Shown here piece by piece: positions 26,657 to 28,687 of a DNA stretch of 28,687 bases. The translations under genes and the position numbers were made by a program. This stretch comes from a virus. Its lineage: Duplodnaviria; Heunggongvirae; Uroviricota; Caudoviricetes. The stretch is from the IMG/VR virus record IMGVR_UViG_2861079508_000005; one strand, 5' to 3'. Under the pieces are notes generated by a model, which worked only from the letters and a program-made list of their open reading frames with translations, searched no databases and was not told the origin of the DNA. How positions within the stretch are numbered: position 1 is the stretch's first letter; every line of letters starts with the position of its first letter.

Positions 26657-26913
26657 TTCCAGACCCTCCGGCTTTTCAGAAAGGTCAGAGCCTTTTTTAC
26701 CGGACTCTGTTTTTTGGTGCGGATAATGATTCCCTTACGCCCCTTACCGTGGGTGATGGTGAAGTCAATCGCCCTGGGGCTTTCGTTACGCAATAACTGA
26801 GCAATACAACGAGGCTCGTTCATCCTTTCCACCTTAAGCCGCACGGCCATGTCTTGATTTGCTGTAACTAATGCGATTTTTCCAGTCATGCCATTCTGTC
26901 GGAGCTTCATCAA
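26653..26913 (-). CDS. hypothetical early protein (P2 orf78 position); start uncertain
   Basis: 86-codon ORF overlapping the 3' end of cox; the internal start MTGKIAL would give 78 aa. Confidence 0.45.
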   Translation of the reverse strand: MMKLRQNGMTGKIALVTANQDMAVRLKVERMNEPRCIAQLLRNESPRAIDFTITHGKGRKGIIIRTKKQSPVKKALTFLKSRRVWK

Positions 26914-27205
26914 CTAGCTGGGCTGCGTACTTGTCCCACTCACGGCGATTAATCCATAATTCAGCTTTCCCTCTTGGTTTTAATGGGTCTGTCATGTAGA
27001 AGGCTGGCAGCTTTCCTGCTTTAGCCATTTCAGCCACCGCGCGTGGTGTCTTACCGATGTAAAGAGCAAAACCTTCTTTCGACAGCAAATCAGATGGGCG
27101 CTCTGAAATCTGAATGCTTTTACGTTTGGCTTCATTTTCGAAACTTGCCTCATCGCTAGTTGGACAAGAAATTTCTACATTTGTCGTCACTTTGCTATCC
27201 TCCAT
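26834..27205 (-). CDS. cox: Cox-like excisionase / early transcriptional regulator; start uncertain
   Basis: C-terminal two-thirds (...YIGKTPRAVAEMAKAGKLPAFYMTDP...) aligns with P2 Cox as I recall it (...LIGKSTGAVRRMIDKGKLPVIDMTDP...); first gene of the leftward early operon, divergent from C. Confidence 0.6.
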   Translation of the reverse strand: MEDSKVTTNVEISCPTSDEASFENEAKRKSIQISERPSDLLSKEGFALYIGKTPRAVAEMAKAGKLPAFYMTDPLKPRGKAELWINRREWDKYAAQLVDEAPTEWHDWKNRISYSKSRHGRAA

Positions 27206-27298
27206 AAGATTTGCGATTCACCAACTGGAGCCATCTAGAGCCTTTTTGAGCGAATCACAAATTGCCAAGTAACAATATAATTGGAGATTAGCAAAATT
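27206..27298. promoter_or_regulatory. immunity switch region (Pe/Pc promoters and C operator)
   Basis: Non-coding interval between divergent cox and C; perfect TATAAT at 27276-27281; near-repeats GCGATTCAC (27213-27221) and GCGAATCAC (27250-27258). Confidence 0.45.
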
Positions 27299-27598
27299 AT
27301 GTCAAGTGAACAAAGTGAGAAACTAAAGCTCATCCGTGAATCCGAACGCCTTAAAACTAAGGAACTTGCTGAATTAATTGGAATTAATTACTACACATAT
27401 CATGGATATGAATCAGGAAAATCAAAAATGCCTATGGAAGCAGGTATGAAGCTGTTTAAGCATCCACGCTTTCGCAAGTATCGTGACTGGTTCATGTTTG
27501 ATGAAACAGATCCAGCAGCTGGACAAATAGCCCCGGCTCTCGCACACATTGGGCAAGACTCAACAACCTTGCACCACTCAGACCAGAAGACTGGCTGA
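27299..27598 (+). CDS. C: immunity repressor C
   Basis: 99-codon ORF from ATG at 27299; C-terminal ...GQIAPALAHIGQD...HSDQKTG closely matches my recollection of P2 C. Confidence 0.8.
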   Translation: MSSEQSEKLKLIRESERLKTKELAELIGINYYTYHGYESGKSKMPMEAGMKLFKHPRFRKYRDWFMFDETDPAAGQIAPALAHIGQDSTTLHHSDQKTG

Positions 27599-27691
27599 CG
27601 ATTTATTCAGCATATGTGTGTAGTAAATGTACGAAAGAAAATTGCATTAATTTTCAAGTAGTAGAAGTAAACAGCGTCATCGGAGGGCTTT

Positions 27692-28687
27692 ATGTCTATT
27701 AAAAAGCTCGATGATGGTCGTTATGAAGTGGACGTCAGACCGCAGGGTGCAGATGGAAAACGTATCAGGCGGAAATTTAAAACTAAAGGTGAAGCTCAAG
27801 CATTCGAACGTCATGTACTGGTTAACTACCACAACAAAGAGTGGTTGGAGAAACCAGCCGACCGCCGAACTCTTACAGAGTTGTTAGGCAGATGGTGGAT
27901 ATATCACGGAAAATCACATGAGCGTGGAGATATTGAACGGGGGCGTTTAACGACAATAATCGCCAAATTTGCAGAAATGGGAGTGTCCAGAGCTGACCAG
28001 CTAACAAAGAAAACGATAACTGATTATCGCGTTGTAATGATGAACGATGGTCTGAAACCAGCCAGCGTAAATCGACATCTGGCAATAATGAGCGGGATGT
28101 TCACCAAGTTAATTGACGCCGGTGAATACCACTCTCACAACCCGTTCCGTGAGATTAAACGGTTACGTGAAGCTGTTACGGAAATGGCTTTTTTGTCCAG
28201 TGAAGAGATTACGCGGCTGTTATCCATGCTTGATGGTGATGAATTAAATGCAACTCTGGTCTGCCTTTCTACTGGTGGACGCTGGAGTGAAGTGTCTAAT
28301 TTAAAAGCTGAACACATCATTAACCAGATGGTTACGTTTATGAAAACTAAAAACGGAAAACGCAGGACAATTCCCGTTTCGCAGGACCTGATTAAACGGA
28401 TCAAGACCAAAAATTCAGGCAGGCTTTTTAATGCCAGTTACTACAAAGTGCGTAACGCTCTCAGGGAAGTAAAACCCGATTTACCTGACGGACAAGCAGT
28501 ACATGTTTTGAGGCATACATTTGCCACACATTTTATAATGAATGGAGGTAACATAATCACATTGCAGCGCATCCTGGGTCATTCTAACATTCAGCAAACT
28601 ATGACCTACGCACACTTTGCACCGGATTTCTTACAAGATGCTGTGACTCTTAACCCGGTGTCAGGAATGTCCATAATGCGTCCATAA
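27692..28687 (+). CDS. int: tyrosine integrase
   Basis: 331 aa; C-terminal catalytic region with HVLRHTFATHF ... LGHSNIQQTMTYAHF (R, H-x-x-R and Tyr motifs); GGAGGG ribosome-binding site upstream; downstream of C as in P2. Confidence 0.85.
   Translation: MSIKKLDDGRYEVDVRPQGADGKRIRRKFKTKGEAQAFERHVLVNYHNKEWLEKPADRRTLTELLGRWWIYHGKSHERGDIERGRLTTIIAKFAEMGVSRADQLTKKTITDYRVVMMNDGLKPASVNRHLAIMSGMFTKLIDAGEYHSHNPFREIKRLREAVTEMAFLSSEEITRLLSMLDGDELNATLVCLSTGGRWSEVSNLKAEHIINQMVTFMKTKNGKRRTIPVSQDLIKRIKTKNSGRLFNASYYKVRNALREVKPDLPDGQAVHVLRHTFATHFIMNGGNIITLQRILGHSNIQQTMTYAHFAPDFLQDAVTLNPVSGMSIMRP

Overview
The window is a complete P2-family (Peduovirus-type) prophage of an enterobacterial host, in integrated orientation: ogr at the left edge, int at the right edge, and the cos site internal at about 21.9 kb. 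The call rests on gene order, ORF lengths and recognisable protein sequences, not on any database search. Left to right: ogr, tail genes D-U-T-E/E'-FII-FI, a serine invertase with an invertible tail-fibre segment, G-H-I-J-W-V-S-R, lysis cassette lysC/lysB/lysA-K-Y, head genes X-L-M-N-O, divergent P-Q, cos, a short AT-rich cargo island, then the early operon A-(four small ORFs)-B-cox, C repressor and integrase. Two loci differ from canonical P2 as I recall it. (1) The Z/fun position holds a Hin/Gin-family invertase plus a roughly 1.8 kb invertible segment bounded by two 26-bp hix/gix-like inverted sites, carrying a silent alternative tail-fibre tip and chaperone. (2) The cos-proximal hotspot, where P2 carries old/tin, holds only about 0.9 kb: a structured hairpin, a 37-codon hydrophobic ORF with a strong Shine-Dalgarno, 15-bp direct repeats and a bidirectional terminator. 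That second locus is the best candidate for something undescribed, but the evidence is weak and it may equally be a decayed remnant. No CRISPR array, tRNA, rRNA or IS element was seen.
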